Positions 21,092-32,082 are shown, numbered from the stretch's first letter. The stretch: DNA of 64,000 bases from an uncultured Ruficoccus sp. (GCA_965140785.1 OZ223475.1:128001-192000), one strand, 5' to 3'. Numbers and translations are program-made. Notes: generated by a model from the letters alone, not told the origin.

Positions 21092-24000
21092 ATGACGCAC
21101 CTATTTCTTCTGCAGGCCTGCTTGTCTTTCGTGGCGTCATGCGCGGTGGCCTCCACGGAGGGTTTGGAGTCTGGATTCGAATCTCCCCCTGATGCGGCCA
21201 AGGTTTACACCTGGTGGCATTGGATGAACGGCAACGTCACCCGGGAGGGAATCCGGGCTGACCTCGAGGCGATGAAGGATGTTGGGTTGGGCGGTTTTCA
21301 GCTGTTCGATGTCCTCGGTGCTCCAGAAGGGGCGGTCAAATACGGTAGCCGCGAGTGGCGGGATATGGTGCTGTATGCGCTAGAGGTGGCAGATGAACTT
21401 GGCCTGGACGCCGGGATGCATAATTGCGCGGGATGGTCGAGCAGCGGGGGGCCGTGGGTTTCGATTGAGCAGTCTATGCAGGAGCTGGTTTTCAGCGAAA
21501 TCACTATTCAGGGGGCGGGCGAGGTTGACGTGTTGCTGCCGGTGCCCTTGACGCGCCTGGGGTATTATCGCGATGTCGCTGTATTGGCTTTCCCCTCCGT
21601 GGCCAGTGGCGATGGCACTGCCCAGGAGACTCCGTTCCTGAGCAGCAATATTGAGGGCTTTGAGGTGGCAGCCCTTACGGATGCCCTGGATGATACGGTA
21701 GTGGAGATGCTACCTCCTGCCGAGGGCAACCCGCATTATATTCAGTACGAATACGCACGGCCCTATCGGGCATGCCGGCTTTATATCGATCCAGATCCGG
21801 CCCGGCTGGGTTTCTCGGGATACCTTTCTGCCTCTGACGATGGTATTCATTTTGAGAAGATAACAGAGTTTTCATTCGACTATGGCTCACACGCAAAAAC
21901 CTTCAGTTTTCCCGAAGTTTCAGCCCGCTTTTATCGGCTGGTTGTCACGCAGGCGGCAGGTTCGCTTTCATCCTCGCGCTCGACCATGACCATCAAGGCC
22001 ATGGTGCTCGATGATGATTTCCGGCTGATGAACTACGAGCAAAAGGCTGGGTTTCAGCGGGCAGCGTATCCAGGAATTGATACACAGGCGGATCGCGTTC
22101 CCGGGAGGTTCTCGATCCCGCTGGAGTCTGTCGTTGACTTGACCGACCGTGTGGATACGGACGGGTGCTTGAGCTGGGATGCACCTCCGGGGGAGTGGAC
22201 GATCCTGCGGGTCGGGCATACTGCCATGGGTGAGGTGAACATGCCCGCCAGTGTAGGGGGACGGGGATTGGAGTGCGACAAGCTAAGCAGAGCGGCGGTG
22301 GTGGCATTCTGGGATGGCATGATGGCCAAGGTGGTAGCTGACGCAGGGCCGCTGGCAGGGACGACACTGACAAATATCCTCGTCGACAGCTACGAAAAGC
22401 GCTCCACTAATTGGACCGTCGAGTTGCCGGAAGAGTTTCGTGCAAGGTGCGGATACTCCCTGCGTAAATTTCTTCCGGCTATGACGGGGAGGATTGTTGA
22501 AGATGGGATTCTTACTGAGCGTTTCCTATGGGATTTCCGGCGTGTACTGGCAGACATGTTTGAAGAGAACTATTCGACTGTGCTGGCTGAGTTGGCAGCC
22601 GCGCACGGCATCGAGCTGGCCTTGGAGCCCGGTGGAAGCTCCCCGGCCGACGATTTGCTTTACAGCCGCCCGGCAGCGATCCCAATGATGGAGTTCTGGG
22701 TCGGTGGTGATCCTTTGTGGCGTACGCGCACGACTCCGCTGGCCGCTTCTGCCGCTCACATCTATGATAAAACCTATGTCGGTGGAGAAGCGTTTACGGG
22801 GCGTCCTTCGGTCGAGCGATGGACAAACGATCCGCATTCACTGAAAGCACTCGGTGATGCCGTCTATTGTAGCGGCGTTAATCGCTTCTACATGCACACC
22901 TTTGCTCATCAGCCCTGGCTGGATCGTGCTCCGGGCATGACAATGGGGCGCTGGGGGACGCACTTTGACCGGATGAATACCTGGTGGAGCCAGGCTTCTG
23001 ATTGGGTTGAATACATGGGCCGGGCCCAGTATCTTTTACAGTCCGGTAAGTTTGTTGCCGATGTGTTGTATTTTTACGGTGAAGGGGCACCGGTTGGTGA
23101 CCGCGCGCTCGTCCCTCCCGTTCCAGCAGGGTACCGCTATGACCGCTGTAATGCGGATGTGATTCTAAACCGTATGCAGGTTCGGGACGGTCGATTAGTC
23201 CTGGATGGAGGGCAGAGCTACCGGCTCCTCGTACTGCCGCCTGAGCGGCAGATGACCCCGGAAATGCTGCGAAAGATTCGTGAGCTGGTCATGGCTGGGG
23301 CGACGGTCATGGGACCGCGTCCGGAGATATCTCCGAGTCTGAAAGATTATCCGGAATGCGATCGTGAGGTGGCTGTTTTGGCCGGGGAGATTTGGGGGAA
23401 CTGTGACGGGCAGGTGGTAAAGGAGCACACGCTCGGCCGTGGGCGTGTGCTCTGGGGAAATAGTGTGAGTGATGTGCTTGTGGAGATGGGGGTTGAGCCT
23501 GATTTCATGATGACGCCTGAGCCGGCACCGGTTGGCTTTATTCATCGCAAGACGGATCAGGCGGATATCTATTTTGTGGCGAACGTCATGGATAGCCCAC
23601 AGCGGGTGGAATGCTCTTTTCGTGTTCATGGTAAGGTGCCGGAGCTTTGGCAGCCTGATACGGGTGGGCGGAGGCCGGCTGCCGTTTACCGCGATGAAGG
23701 TAGCCGGACCGTTGTGCCGTTGGAGCTTGGGCCTTCCGAGTCATTGTTTGTGATCTTTCGAAGGGATCAAGTTGGGGGAAATCATTTGGTGCGTGCGTAC
23801 GCTTCAGCGCCAGAGGTTGAAGGGGTGGGAATCGTCAATGCCGTGTACGAGGGAATCCAGGACCCCTCAAGGTGTGTCGTGGTGACTGCCCGGGTGGATC
23901 GTCTATTGAAAGATAATGACGGCAGTGTGTCTGTTTCCAATCGATCGCTTGGAGGAGACCCCGCCCCCGGCATGAAAAAGCAACTGCGCGTTCGATACCG

Positions 24001-24820
24001 CACGGATGGACTTGAGAAAGAGGCGACGATTAGTGAGGGTCTGGAGCTGTCGCTTGCGGATTTGTCTGGAGGGGGGACTTCACCATCATTTCGGGTTGAG
24101 GGTCTCGACGCAGGGCGGGTTGAGTTGACTGCCTCCGGTGCCGGTACGTTTTATCTGGAGTCGGCGGGTGGGGAGCTTTGCGAGGTCGTCATCGATCGGC
24201 TGCCGCCCCCGCTGGAAATTTTAGGAGGGTGGACGGTTGAGTTTCCAGAGGGGAAGGGGGCTCCTGATTCTATTGTCCTCGATCGATTGATGTCATGGAC
24301 GGATTATCCTGAATCAGGCGTGCGGTATTTCTCGGGCACCGCGACATACCGGAAAACCTTTGAACTGCCAGCGGACATGACTGGTGATGGTCTTGAGCTG
24401 GATTTGGATCTGGGGGAAGTAAAAAATATCGCGCGGGTGTGGTTGAATGGGGTGGACCTTGGTCTGCTGTGGAAGGCGCCGTTCAGGCTAGATGCCTCTG
24501 GAGTCCTTCGGTCCGGGCGTAACGATCTCGTGATCGAAGTGACGAATCTGTGGCCGAACCGATTGATCGGCGATGAGCAATTGCCCTCGGATTGCAACTG
24601 GAAAAAGGGCAGGGGGGCGAGTGAGGGGTCATATTTGACGCAGTGGCCGCAGTGGCTCCTCTACGATATGTCCAGCCCGTCTGGACGTGTGACGTTTTCG
24701 AGTTGGAAGCATTGGAACAAGGATGACGGGCTGTTGCCGTCCGGTTTACTGGGACCGGTAAAAGTGCTTCCTCAAGCAAGGCGAATCGTGGTTCTGGGTG
24801 AATTTTCGCCTAGCCGGTAA
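21092..24820 (+). CDS. Alpha-L-rhamnosidase GH106 with inserted discoidin-like and lectin-like modules
   Basis: TWWHWMNGNVTREGIRADLEAM, GWSSSGGPW, GLECDKLS, LVDSYE and VTNLWPNRLIGD. The ORF is open from 20888; the signal-peptide start at 21092 was chosen. Confidence 0.9.
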   Translation: MTHLFLLQACLSFVASCAVASTEGLESGFESPPDAAKVYTWWHWMNGNVTREGIRADLEAMKDVGLGGFQLFDVLGAPEGAVKYGSREWRDMVLYALEVADELGLDAGMHNCAGWSSSGGPWVSIEQSMQELVFSEITIQGAGEVDVLLPVPLTRLGYYRDVAVLAFPSVASGDGTAQETPFLSSNIEGFEVAALTDALDDTVVEMLPPAEGNPHYIQYEYARPYRACRLYIDPDPARLGFSGYLSASDDGIHFEKITEFSFDYGSHAKTFSFPEVSARFYRLVVTQAAGSLSSSRSTMTIKAMVLDDDFRLMNYEQKAGFQRAAYPGIDTQADRVPGRFSIPLESVVDLTDRVDTDGCLSWDAPPGEWTILRVGHTAMGEVNMPASVGGRGLECDKLSRAAVVAFWDGMMAKVVADAGPLAGTTLTNILVDSYEKRSTNWTVELPEEFRARCGYSLRKFLPAMTGRIVEDGILTERFLWDFRRVLADMFEENYSTVLAELAAAHGIELALEPGGSSPADDLLYSRPAAIPMMEFWVGGDPLWRTRTTPLAASAAHIYDKTYVGGEAFTGRPSVERWTNDPHSLKALGDAVYCSGVNRFYMHTFAHQPWLDRAPGMTMGRWGTHFDRMNTWWSQASDWVEYMGRAQYLLQSGKFVADVLYFYGEGAPVGDRALVPPVPAGYRYDRCNADVILNRMQVRDGRLVLDGGQSYRLLVLPPERQMTPEMLRKIRELVMAGATVMGPRPEISPSLKDYPECDREVAVLAGEIWGNCDGQVVKEHTLGRGRVLWGNSVSDVLVEMGVEPDFMMTPEPAPVGFIHRKTDQADIYFVANVMDSPQRVECSFRVHGKVPELWQPDTGGRRPAAVYRDEGSRTVVPLELGPSESLFVIFRRDQVGGNHLVRAYASAPEVEGVGIVNAVYEGIQDPSRCVVVTARVDRLLKDNDGSVSVSNRSLGGDPAPGMKKQLRVRYRTDGLEKEATISEGLELSLADLSGGGTSPSFRVEGLDAGRVELTASGAGTFYLESAGGELCEVVIDRLPPPLEILGGWTVEFPEGKGAPDSIVLDRLMSWTDYPESGVRYFSGTATYRKTFELPADMTGDGLELDLDLGEVKNIARVWLNGVDLGLLWKAPFRLDASGVLRSGRNDLVIEVTNLWPNRLIGDEQLPSDCNWKKGRGASEGSYLTQWPQWLLYDMSSPSGRVTFSSWKHWNKDDGLLPSGLLGPVKVLPQARRIVVLGEFSPSR

Positions 24821-24901
24821 ATGGATGCACGGCCAGGAGTGTCGAGCTTTGGGGTGTTTCAAAAACTCAGGAATAACTTTTCCGTTAATTACACGCTTGT
24901 G

Positions 24902-24919
24902 TATTGACACGATTAAATA
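24902..24919 (+). promoter_or_regulatory. Candidate LacI operator overlapping a TTGACA -35 box
   Basis: TATTGACACGATTAAATA, 25 bp upstream of GH78. Confidence 0.7.
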
Positions 24920-24944
24920 GCGTAAATAATTTTCCATCCAATCT

Positions 24945-27356
24945 ATGAGCCGACCGACCGTAAAGACTGCGCCACTGTCCGATATGGAGACCGGGCCCTC
25001 CTTCCGGGCTGAGCGCATGTTTTTACCCGACCGGGCCATATATACAAATTGTGGTGAGCCCGCCCGTTATCCGATTGAGGAGGCCTCGTGGGTTTGGGCA
25101 TGCGTCAGTGATGAGCAGTCTGCGCAGGTGGTCCGGTTTTTTCGTAACGTTCATTTTGATGGTGGGAAACTGCTTGTTCATTTAAGCGCTGACCAGCGCT
25201 ATGAGTTCAGGCTGAACGGGTGCTTGCTCGGTGATGGTCCGGAGTCGGGCTCGCCGGCCTTTTGGCCTTTTTCTTCTTATCGGCTTGAGCTTGAGCCGGG
25301 TGACTACCGTTTTGAGGTACTGGCATGGTGGCTGGGCGAGCACGCTCCGCTCGCTCATGAGACTCACCGTCCGGGGTTTATTTTCAAAGCTGAAGGAGAG
25401 CTCGACAGTGAACTGACTACGGGGCGAGCCCGTTGGCAGGCCGAGGAACTCGGGGGCTACTACTTCGATGAGTCGAGGCGCTTGCCGGGCGCTCATTATG
25501 TGGGGGCCGGGCTCGTGCTGGATGCTGCTGCGCGTCGGCAGATGACCAGCGAGGTCGATGTCAAGGTGGTTGAGGAAGCCCTCGTCGCCAATGACTTTGG
25601 TCGGATGCGAATGGCATGGGAACTAACACCGGCGATGCTGCCTGATCAGACTCGAAAACTGCTAGACCCTCCAGTGGCGCGTGCCATGCTCAGGCGCTGG
25701 ATCGAGGATGAATCCTTCCAGCCCGAATGGGAAAACCCGGATGGTGGCACCGATTTCAATACATGGGGTGCGGGCGGATTTGGAGTGGACGCCGATTCGG
25801 AGCTCACGCTGCTGTTGGATTTTGAGCAGATTGTTTGTGCGCGCCCGTGTCTTGATCTTCGGGGCGGAAGAGAGGCGCGTATCGATATTTCATGGGCAGA
25901 ATCACTGATTACCGAATCTTGGATGCAGAGCAACAATCTCATTCAGTTGAAGGGGCTGCGTTCGCAGATTGCAGGAAAGCGCTTCGTTGGATTTGGGGAC
26001 TACTTCATGCCCTCGGGTGAGGACGGCACAGCGCTTGAGGGGCTGTGGTGGAGATCTGGGCGATATGTTCTTGTGCGTATTAAGACGGCAGAGGAGCCGT
26101 TATATATCGATCAGCTGTCTTTTGAGTCCACGGGGTATCCGCTGCGAGAGCAGGCCCGGCTCGAGTCGCCGGATCCGGATGTGTCTGCAATCGCGGATAT
26201 CTGTCGTCGCAGCCTGGTTGCTTCAGCTCACGAATTTTTCGCAGATTCCCCGGCGTATGAGCAACTGATGTACTGCGGTGATGCGCGGATTCAGGCGCTG
26301 TGTCATTATACCATGGGCCAGGACGATCGTTTGTGCCGGCGGGCTATCCGCTTGTTTGATCGTTCGAGGCTCGCGGGGAGGGGGCTGGTTACTTCGCGCT
26401 ACCCGTCTCGCCGGATACAGATTATTCCGGGCTATTCGCTGCTGTGGATAGGGATGAATTACGACTATCTTTTGTGGCGAGGTGACGCCGAATTTGTGCA
26501 GGCTAACATTCCGGGGATGCGGTCGGTGCTGGATATCTTTGACTCATTTCGTGGCGATGAAGGCTTACCGTGTGGCTTACCCGGTTGGCGTTTCATGGAC
26601 TGGATTCCCTCTTGGAAAAACGGTACGCCTCCGATGGCAGGCGGGTATGACCTGCATTTATCTCTGTTGTATTTGATTTCCCTTCAGCAGGCCGTGCGTA
26701 TTGAGCAGTGCCTTGGTTCACTGGAGCGGGCTCATGAGTTCTCCGGACGCGCTGGCGCGGTCTCTGCTGCGGTTAAAAGATTATTCTGGCATGCCGATGA
26801 GGAGCTGTTCCGGTGTGATGCCTCCAGGGATGTGCATGCCCAGGCTCTCGCTGTGATCGCTGGTTTGTTTGATGACAAGGACGTCGCCCGAAAAGCACTG
26901 GGGCGGGAAGACCTAGCGGGTACCTCACTGTATTTCACACACTATGTGATGGAGGCCTGGCGGCTGCTTGATCGAGAGGATTTTCTTCCGCTGCTCGAGC
27001 CCTGGCGGAAAATGCTGGCACTCGGCCTGAGCACAACGCCCGAGTGCGAGGAGCCGGCCCGATCTGATTGCCATGCCTGGAGCGCTCATCCTCTATTTCA
27101 TTTCTATGCCACTGTCGCGGGAGTGCGTCCGGCTGGCCCCGGCTTTTCTGCGGTGGAGGTCGCTCCCCGGCCCGGCCCTTTGACCCATTTGAAAGTGGAG
27201 ATGCCCTGGAAGGCCGGCTCAATCGGGATGGATGCGATGTTCTCGGCGGGAACGGTTCAGGCGACGCTTGTTTTGCCTGATGGATTGAATGGCTGTTTCT
27301 GTTGGAAAGGCAGGCGCCAGCCTTTGATGCCGGGGCACAACTATATCAGCCTTTAA
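24945..27356 (+). CDS. Alpha-L-rhamnosidase GH78
   Basis: HLSADQRYEFRLNG, DSPAYEQLMYCGDARIQAL, FMDW and TTPE...RSDCHAWSAHP. Confidence 0.9.
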   Translation: MSRPTVKTAPLSDMETGPSFRAERMFLPDRAIYTNCGEPARYPIEEASWVWACVSDEQSAQVVRFFRNVHFDGGKLLVHLSADQRYEFRLNGCLLGDGPESGSPAFWPFSSYRLELEPGDYRFEVLAWWLGEHAPLAHETHRPGFIFKAEGELDSELTTGRARWQAEELGGYYFDESRRLPGAHYVGAGLVLDAAARRQMTSEVDVKVVEEALVANDFGRMRMAWELTPAMLPDQTRKLLDPPVARAMLRRWIEDESFQPEWENPDGGTDFNTWGAGGFGVDADSELTLLLDFEQIVCARPCLDLRGGREARIDISWAESLITESWMQSNNLIQLKGLRSQIAGKRFVGFGDYFMPSGEDGTALEGLWWRSGRYVLVRIKTAEEPLYIDQLSFESTGYPLREQARLESPDPDVSAIADICRRSLVASAHEFFADSPAYEQLMYCGDARIQALCHYTMGQDDRLCRRAIRLFDRSRLAGRGLVTSRYPSRRIQIIPGYSLLWIGMNYDYLLWRGDAEFVQANIPGMRSVLDIFDSFRGDEGLPCGLPGWRFMDWIPSWKNGTPPMAGGYDLHLSLLYLISLQQAVRIEQCLGSLERAHEFSGRAGAVSAAVKRLFWHADEELFRCDASRDVHAQALAVIAGLFDDKDVARKALGREDLAGTSLYFTHYVMEAWRLLDREDFLPLLEPWRKMLALGLSTTPECEEPARSDCHAWSAHPLFHFYATVAGVRPAGPGFSAVEVAPRPGPLTHLKVEMPWKAGSIGMDAMFSAGTVQATLVLPDGLNGCFCWKGRRQPLMPGHNYISL

Positions 27357-27370
27357 GTTTTCTACACACT

Positions 27371-29056
27371 ATGGATATACCCTCTGCCCAACTGGGGACT
27401 GGTTTTTGGATTATTACCGTCTCGTTTACCCTCGTGCTTATCGGCGTCAGCCTGTACCTCACGCGACGCATTAAAAGCAGTGATGATTTCTTCCGCGCTT
27501 CCGGAAAGGCATCCTGGTGGATTAATGGCCTGTCATTTATCATGGCGGCGTTTTCGGCATCGGTCTTTGTCGCCAACGCGTCGCTGGCCTATAACCGGGG
27601 TGGGCTGAACGCACTGTTAATCCTGGCGCAGTTACCGGTTTTCGTGGCCGGGTTTATGTTCTTTGCGCGCTTATGGCACCGCAGCGGCGTGCACACAGCC
27701 GTCGAGTTCATCGGAAGCCGGTTCGGGCAACCGACCGCGAAGTTCTTTCTCTACAGCGGGGTGCCCATTCGCATTCTCGACAACGCGAACCGCCTCTACG
27801 TAACGGGTGTCTTGATCGAGTGCCTGATGGGGATTCCCTTATGGCAGGGAGTGGCTTTCGCGGGTATTGTAGCTGTATTGTTCACGGTGGGCGGCGGTTT
27901 TATGGCCGTGCTGGTGACGGATGCCATTCAGGCGTTGATTCTCGCGGCGGTGAGTGTCGTCATCGCGGTTGCTGCGGTAATCCGGGTGGGTGGCGTGCAT
28001 GAGTGGATGGCCAAAGTTCCTGAAGGGTACTGGTCGATGCAGATGCCCGGCTCTGATATGAATATCTGGCTGATTATGGCATGGGTTTTTGTTGGCCTGT
28101 TTGCCTGGAACGGGAACTGGGCGCTGGTCCAGCGCTATGTTTCCGTGCCCACAGAGCGCGACGCGACCAAGGTCACTCTCATGGCGGGCATCTCCTACTA
28201 CATCATCTTTCCATTGCTGGCGATTCCGCCGATGGTGGCGGTTGTGCTGCTTCCGCAGTTGCAGGGGGCGATCGGAGGTGAGCGCTCCTATATCCTGCTG
28301 GCCCAGACGCTGTTGCCCGCCGCCTTGCTTGGGCTGTTGAGCTTTGCCATGCTGGGAACGACCGTGACGGCCGTGGGCTCCGAGCTCAACGTCATGGCTC
28401 AAGTCCTGGTGGAAAATTTGCTGGTGCGGATATTCCCGACACTTGGTGAAAAGGCAAAGCTGACGATTGGCCGGTGTCTGATCGTTATCTTGATGACGCT
28501 TTGCCTGACCATTGCTCTGCAGATTCGGAACTTTGGCGGTGCCTTCAAGTACTTGATGACAATCCTCGGAATGACCTCACTGCCGGTTTACATGCCGATG
28601 CTCCTGGGGCTCCTGGAGAAACGAGCGCCGGGATGGGGGGCGGTCAGTTCCTGCTGCGCGGGGATTGTCGTATCAGTGCTGATGAAGTTTGTCTGGGGGG
28701 CTCCGCTGGCTGCAGTTATCTTTACCAACGGGCTGGTTACCCTGGCTGTCTATTTTATCTCGGGCTGGATATCCCCGTCGCGACTGGGCTTCTCCATGCC
28801 TAAGCGCGCTGCGGTGGTGGCGCCCGCTACCGAGGAGGAGATTGCCGCATCAGTCGAGCAACAGCGTAAGTCCTTTAACCGACCGATTGCCTGGAGTCTT
28901 ACGGGGATGGCGCTGGTATTGCTTGTCACCGCATTGCTATCCGGAATGAGCGGCCCAGATCTTGCCCTGGCCTTGGGTACCGTCGCGATTTTGCTGATCT
29001 TTACTTTTGTTATCAGCTGTCTGCCCAAGTGGTTAAAACCCTCGATACCTTCCTGA
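27371..29056 (+). CDS. Sodium:solute symporter (SSS/SLC5)
   Basis: Multiple transmembrane helices; DDFFRASGKASWW, GGFMAVLVTDAIQ and LVQRYVSV. Confidence 0.9.
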   Translation: MDIPSAQLGTGFWIITVSFTLVLIGVSLYLTRRIKSSDDFFRASGKASWWINGLSFIMAAFSASVFVANASLAYNRGGLNALLILAQLPVFVAGFMFFARLWHRSGVHTAVEFIGSRFGQPTAKFFLYSGVPIRILDNANRLYVTGVLIECLMGIPLWQGVAFAGIVAVLFTVGGGFMAVLVTDAIQALILAAVSVVIAVAAVIRVGGVHEWMAKVPEGYWSMQMPGSDMNIWLIMAWVFVGLFAWNGNWALVQRYVSVPTERDATKVTLMAGISYYIIFPLLAIPPMVAVVLLPQLQGAIGGERSYILLAQTLLPAALLGLLSFAMLGTTVTAVGSELNVMAQVLVENLLVRIFPTLGEKAKLTIGRCLIVILMTLCLTIALQIRNFGGAFKYLMTILGMTSLPVYMPMLLGLLEKRAPGWGAVSSCCAGIVVSVLMKFVWGAPLAAVIFTNGLVTLAVYFISGWISPSRLGFSMPKRAAVVAPATEEEIAASVEQQRKSFNRPIAWSLTGMALVLLVTALLSGMSGPDLALALGTVAILLIFTFVISCLPKWLKPSIPS

Positions 29057-29057
29057 T

Positions 29058-30911
29058 ATGAAAATGCTTGTTCTTGCGGCAGTGCTTACTGCCATGTCTT
29101 CTTTGACTGCGTTTGAGCGTACTAGCGATGGGGTTCGTATTCCCCATGTTGGTGTCGATACGGCGGGTACATGGTTTGGGCGTAATGGAGCTTATGGCGG
29201 AGCTGGCTGGGAGTATCCGGCTTTTCGAGACGCCTTGAAAGAGCTGGGCATCGACTTGCTGATCGACCATTACCTCGAAATACCCGAAGGAGACGATGCG
29301 GAGGCCAATGCCCAAAAAATGCATGAGAGTATCCTGACGCTGGAGCGCTATCTGGAGGCGGCTGGTATCGACTACTGGTGGAATCTGGAAATCGCTAACT
29401 GGCGGCCTGCCATTTTCTATGTGCCCGGTCAGAACCTACTCGACTACAATGGTGCGCATTTCCTGATGTTGCCGCCGGACATCTGTGGATGGATGGAGGA
29501 GAGCCCGCGGATTCACGGTGTGGTCTACGATGAGCTGGAGCATATGGTCCTGAGCCGTACATTCAGCACCAACCGCGCTCAGAATGCGGAGTCTCCTGCG
29601 ATTGTCGAAACCGATGGTCTGAAGCTGGACGAGGCTTACGAAACCCTTTACGAGGAGCTTCAGTTCATCCGCCAGAATTATGGCAGTGACAAGCTGGGAT
29701 GCGCGGTGGAAATGGTCTGGCCGGTGATGCCTCATATATTTGCCCGGGCCGGCTGGACGCTCAGCCCGAAGCTCATGAAAGAGGGCTGGACGCCAGTGCC
29801 TGTCGCCATGTCGCTCGGTGCTGCTGTTGAATATGAGCACAATGGGGCCAACTTCTGGCTGACGCCTGACTTGTGGTTCTGTGGCCACTATCCCGGGCAT
29901 GGTGTGGAGGAACTGCGCAGCGCCCTGGTGGCGGCTCATTGGCTGTGTGCGGAGAGCATCTATGTCGAGAATCTCGATTACGTTCACCTGGCGCGTGCCA
30001 TTCACGACCCTAAGGCTGCCCGAAAGGTCGGGCTTGAAGGACGCCCGCAGGGTAAGCATCACCCCGATGCCGAAGGCTTGGCCGGGTCTTTGGTGAGCTT
30101 TACCAGTGATACCGAGTACTCGCTGACTGCCTATGGAGACGTACTGCGTCAGTACGCGGGGGCGTACCGCTGGGAGCATCCGCGTCCTTATCGCTGGCGC
30201 GATGCGAGGTGTACCGTGGCCATTGTCCGCTTCCCGGATTCAAACTGGGGGCAGGAAAACAGCTTTATGCCCAAGACGTTACTGGGGTCCAAAACCGAGA
30301 CATCCACGCCTCAGACACAGGCTTGGTACCAGATATGGAACGTTCTGTCTCTGGGGACGATTCCGCCTACGGGTCTTTCCTTTCACTGTCGTGATGTAAA
30401 GGGAAAGATCCCGCCACGCTTTTTTGTTCCAACGCCGCCTGTGCTTGTCTTTGATCATCGGGTCGGTGACGAGCATCCGGATTTTGACTTCCGCGGAGCA
30501 GGGCTAATCTACCTGACGGGGGTCGCGGTCACGCCAGCTACCTTGGAGGCTGTATCAAAAGCGGTCGAGCAGGGCGCAGTCTGCATCACGCTGCCGCACC
30601 TGGCCCCGGATGAGCTTCGCAGTGCCTATGGCAATCAGGACTTGACCAGTTGGGCTGCGCCTCAGGGGAAGGGGAGATGGCTGTTGACGGACCGGTTCGA
30701 TAGGCCTGAGGCAGTGGCGCTGGCGGAGCCATTCCTGCCCGAGAGGGATGAAATGCAGTACCGGTTTGGATCCACTGAGGTTGTCTTTCGCAGAGTCACC
30801 GGCGACCAGATACAAGTGTTGGTCGATGGTAAGGTTGTTCACGAACCGCCGGTGGATGCCGCCCATCGGAACATCCAGTGGGTGGATGGAGTACTGCAAG
30901 TGGCCGAGTGA
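29058..30911 (+). CDS. Secreted uncharacterised protein, possible glycoside hydrolase
   Basis: Signal peptide; starts 1 nt after the SSS stop; contains GVVYDELEH; no family recognised. Confidence 0.78.
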   Translation: MKMLVLAAVLTAMSSLTAFERTSDGVRIPHVGVDTAGTWFGRNGAYGGAGWEYPAFRDALKELGIDLLIDHYLEIPEGDDAEANAQKMHESILTLERYLEAAGIDYWWNLEIANWRPAIFYVPGQNLLDYNGAHFLMLPPDICGWMEESPRIHGVVYDELEHMVLSRTFSTNRAQNAESPAIVETDGLKLDEAYETLYEELQFIRQNYGSDKLGCAVEMVWPVMPHIFARAGWTLSPKLMKEGWTPVPVAMSLGAAVEYEHNGANFWLTPDLWFCGHYPGHGVEELRSALVAAHWLCAESIYVENLDYVHLARAIHDPKAARKVGLEGRPQGKHHPDAEGLAGSLVSFTSDTEYSLTAYGDVLRQYAGAYRWEHPRPYRWRDARCTVAIVRFPDSNWGQENSFMPKTLLGSKTETSTPQTQAWYQIWNVLSLGTIPPTGLSFHCRDVKGKIPPRFFVPTPPVLVFDHRVGDEHPDFDFRGAGLIYLTGVAVTPATLEAVSKAVEQGAVCITLPHLAPDELRSAYGNQDLTSWAAPQGKGRWLLTDRFDRPEAVALAEPFLPERDEMQYRFGSTEVVFRRVTGDQIQVLVDGKVVHEPPVDAAHRNIQWVDGVLQVAE

Positions 30912-30932
30912 GTCCCCGGTCTGAGCGGGGTC

Positions 30933-32009
30933 TTATTGGGGGGCGGGGCCGGTGGAGGCGCGGACGACCAATTGGGTTGGGAGTGATTCCGTATAGCTGC
31001 TTCCAAAGGGTCTCGTGCCTTCGGATATTTCAATCAGGCATTGTGCTGCGCGTGCTCCCAACTGCTCAGCGGGAAGGTCAACCGAAGTAAGTGGAGGATC
31101 AGTAAAGTCGCACAGCGGCAAGTTAACAAAGCCTGTTATCGAAATGTCCTCTGGCACGCGAAGACCCGCTTTCTGGAGCGTAAAAAGTACGCGCAGGGCG
31201 CTGGGATCGGTGTCGCAGAAAATCGCTGTGGGACGGGGCTTGAGTTCAAGAAGCGAAAGAACCTCACTCGCAATTTTATCTGGGTTGAACTGTCCTTCGC
31301 GGAAGTACTCTTTAGGCATTTGAATACCGTGTGTCTTCAGGGCGGCGACAAATCCCTTGCGGCGTAGTACGGTCGAAGAGTATTGGCGGGAGTTAAAAAT
31401 CCCACCAAATGTCCGGTGTCCGTGGGATATGAGATGGTCCACCGTTTCACGAGTGCCCGAGGCGTGGTCTGCCAGCACTGAGAGGTCGCTGACATCGCTG
31501 AAGGCGTCACCTACCTGCAGAAGGGGGATCTCTGCGACTTTCAGCTCCGAGGATAGTTGGCGGAGGAAAGGTCGTGTCAGGTTCAGGGTTATGATGCCAG
31601 CAGCCATCCGGTTGCGGGCCAGTGCGACAATCTCCTGAGCGCTGGTGCCGGTGGGAGATATTGGCAGAAACTTCAATTGGTACCCCTTGGAATATGCCTG
31701 TACGGAGGCTCCGTGCACGACATTGATATTTGACTCCCAGCGTAGCCGAGGGGTGAGGATAAACAGGGTGCGGCTTTTTCCGGTGCGTACGGCGCGGGCA
31801 GCGTCGTTGGCCACGTATCCCATCTTCTGCGCGATCTTGGTGACCCTGTCGATCGTGCTTTTACTTAGAAAATGCTTCAGCGGGGCATCATTGAGAACGT
31901 ACGAGACGGATGCCCTGGAAACGCCGGCGGCCTCGGCGATATTTGCCATGGTCGCCATTTTTTTCCGCGGGCTTTTCTTGGGTGAAGATGTGGATGCTTT
32001 CGTGGCCAT
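30933..32009 (-). CDS. LacI-family transcriptional regulator
   Basis: TMANIAEAAGVSRASVSYVLN; RVPEDISITGF and PPLTSV. Confidence 0.95.
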   Translation of the reverse strand: MATKASTSSPKKSPRKKMATMANIAEAAGVSRASVSYVLNDAPLKHFLSKSTIDRVTKIAQKMGYVANDAARAVRTGKSRTLFILTPRLRWESNINVVHGASVQAYSKGYQLKFLPISPTGTSAQEIVALARNRMAAGIITLNLTRPFLRQLSSELKVAEIPLLQVGDAFSDVSDLSVLADHASGTRETVDHLISHGHRTFGGIFNSRQYSSTVLRRKGFVAALKTHGIQMPKEYFREGQFNPDKIASEVLSLLELKPRPTAIFCDTDPSALRVLFTLQKAGLRVPEDISITGFVNLPLCDFTDPPLTSVDLPAEQLGARAAQCLIEISEGTRPFGSSYTESLPTQLVVRASTGPAPQ

Positions 32010-32082
32010 GAAGTGTTTATGTGCCAAGATGATGGCATTGATTGTGACGATGAATAAACAGTAAAATGCGGTATGGCGAATA

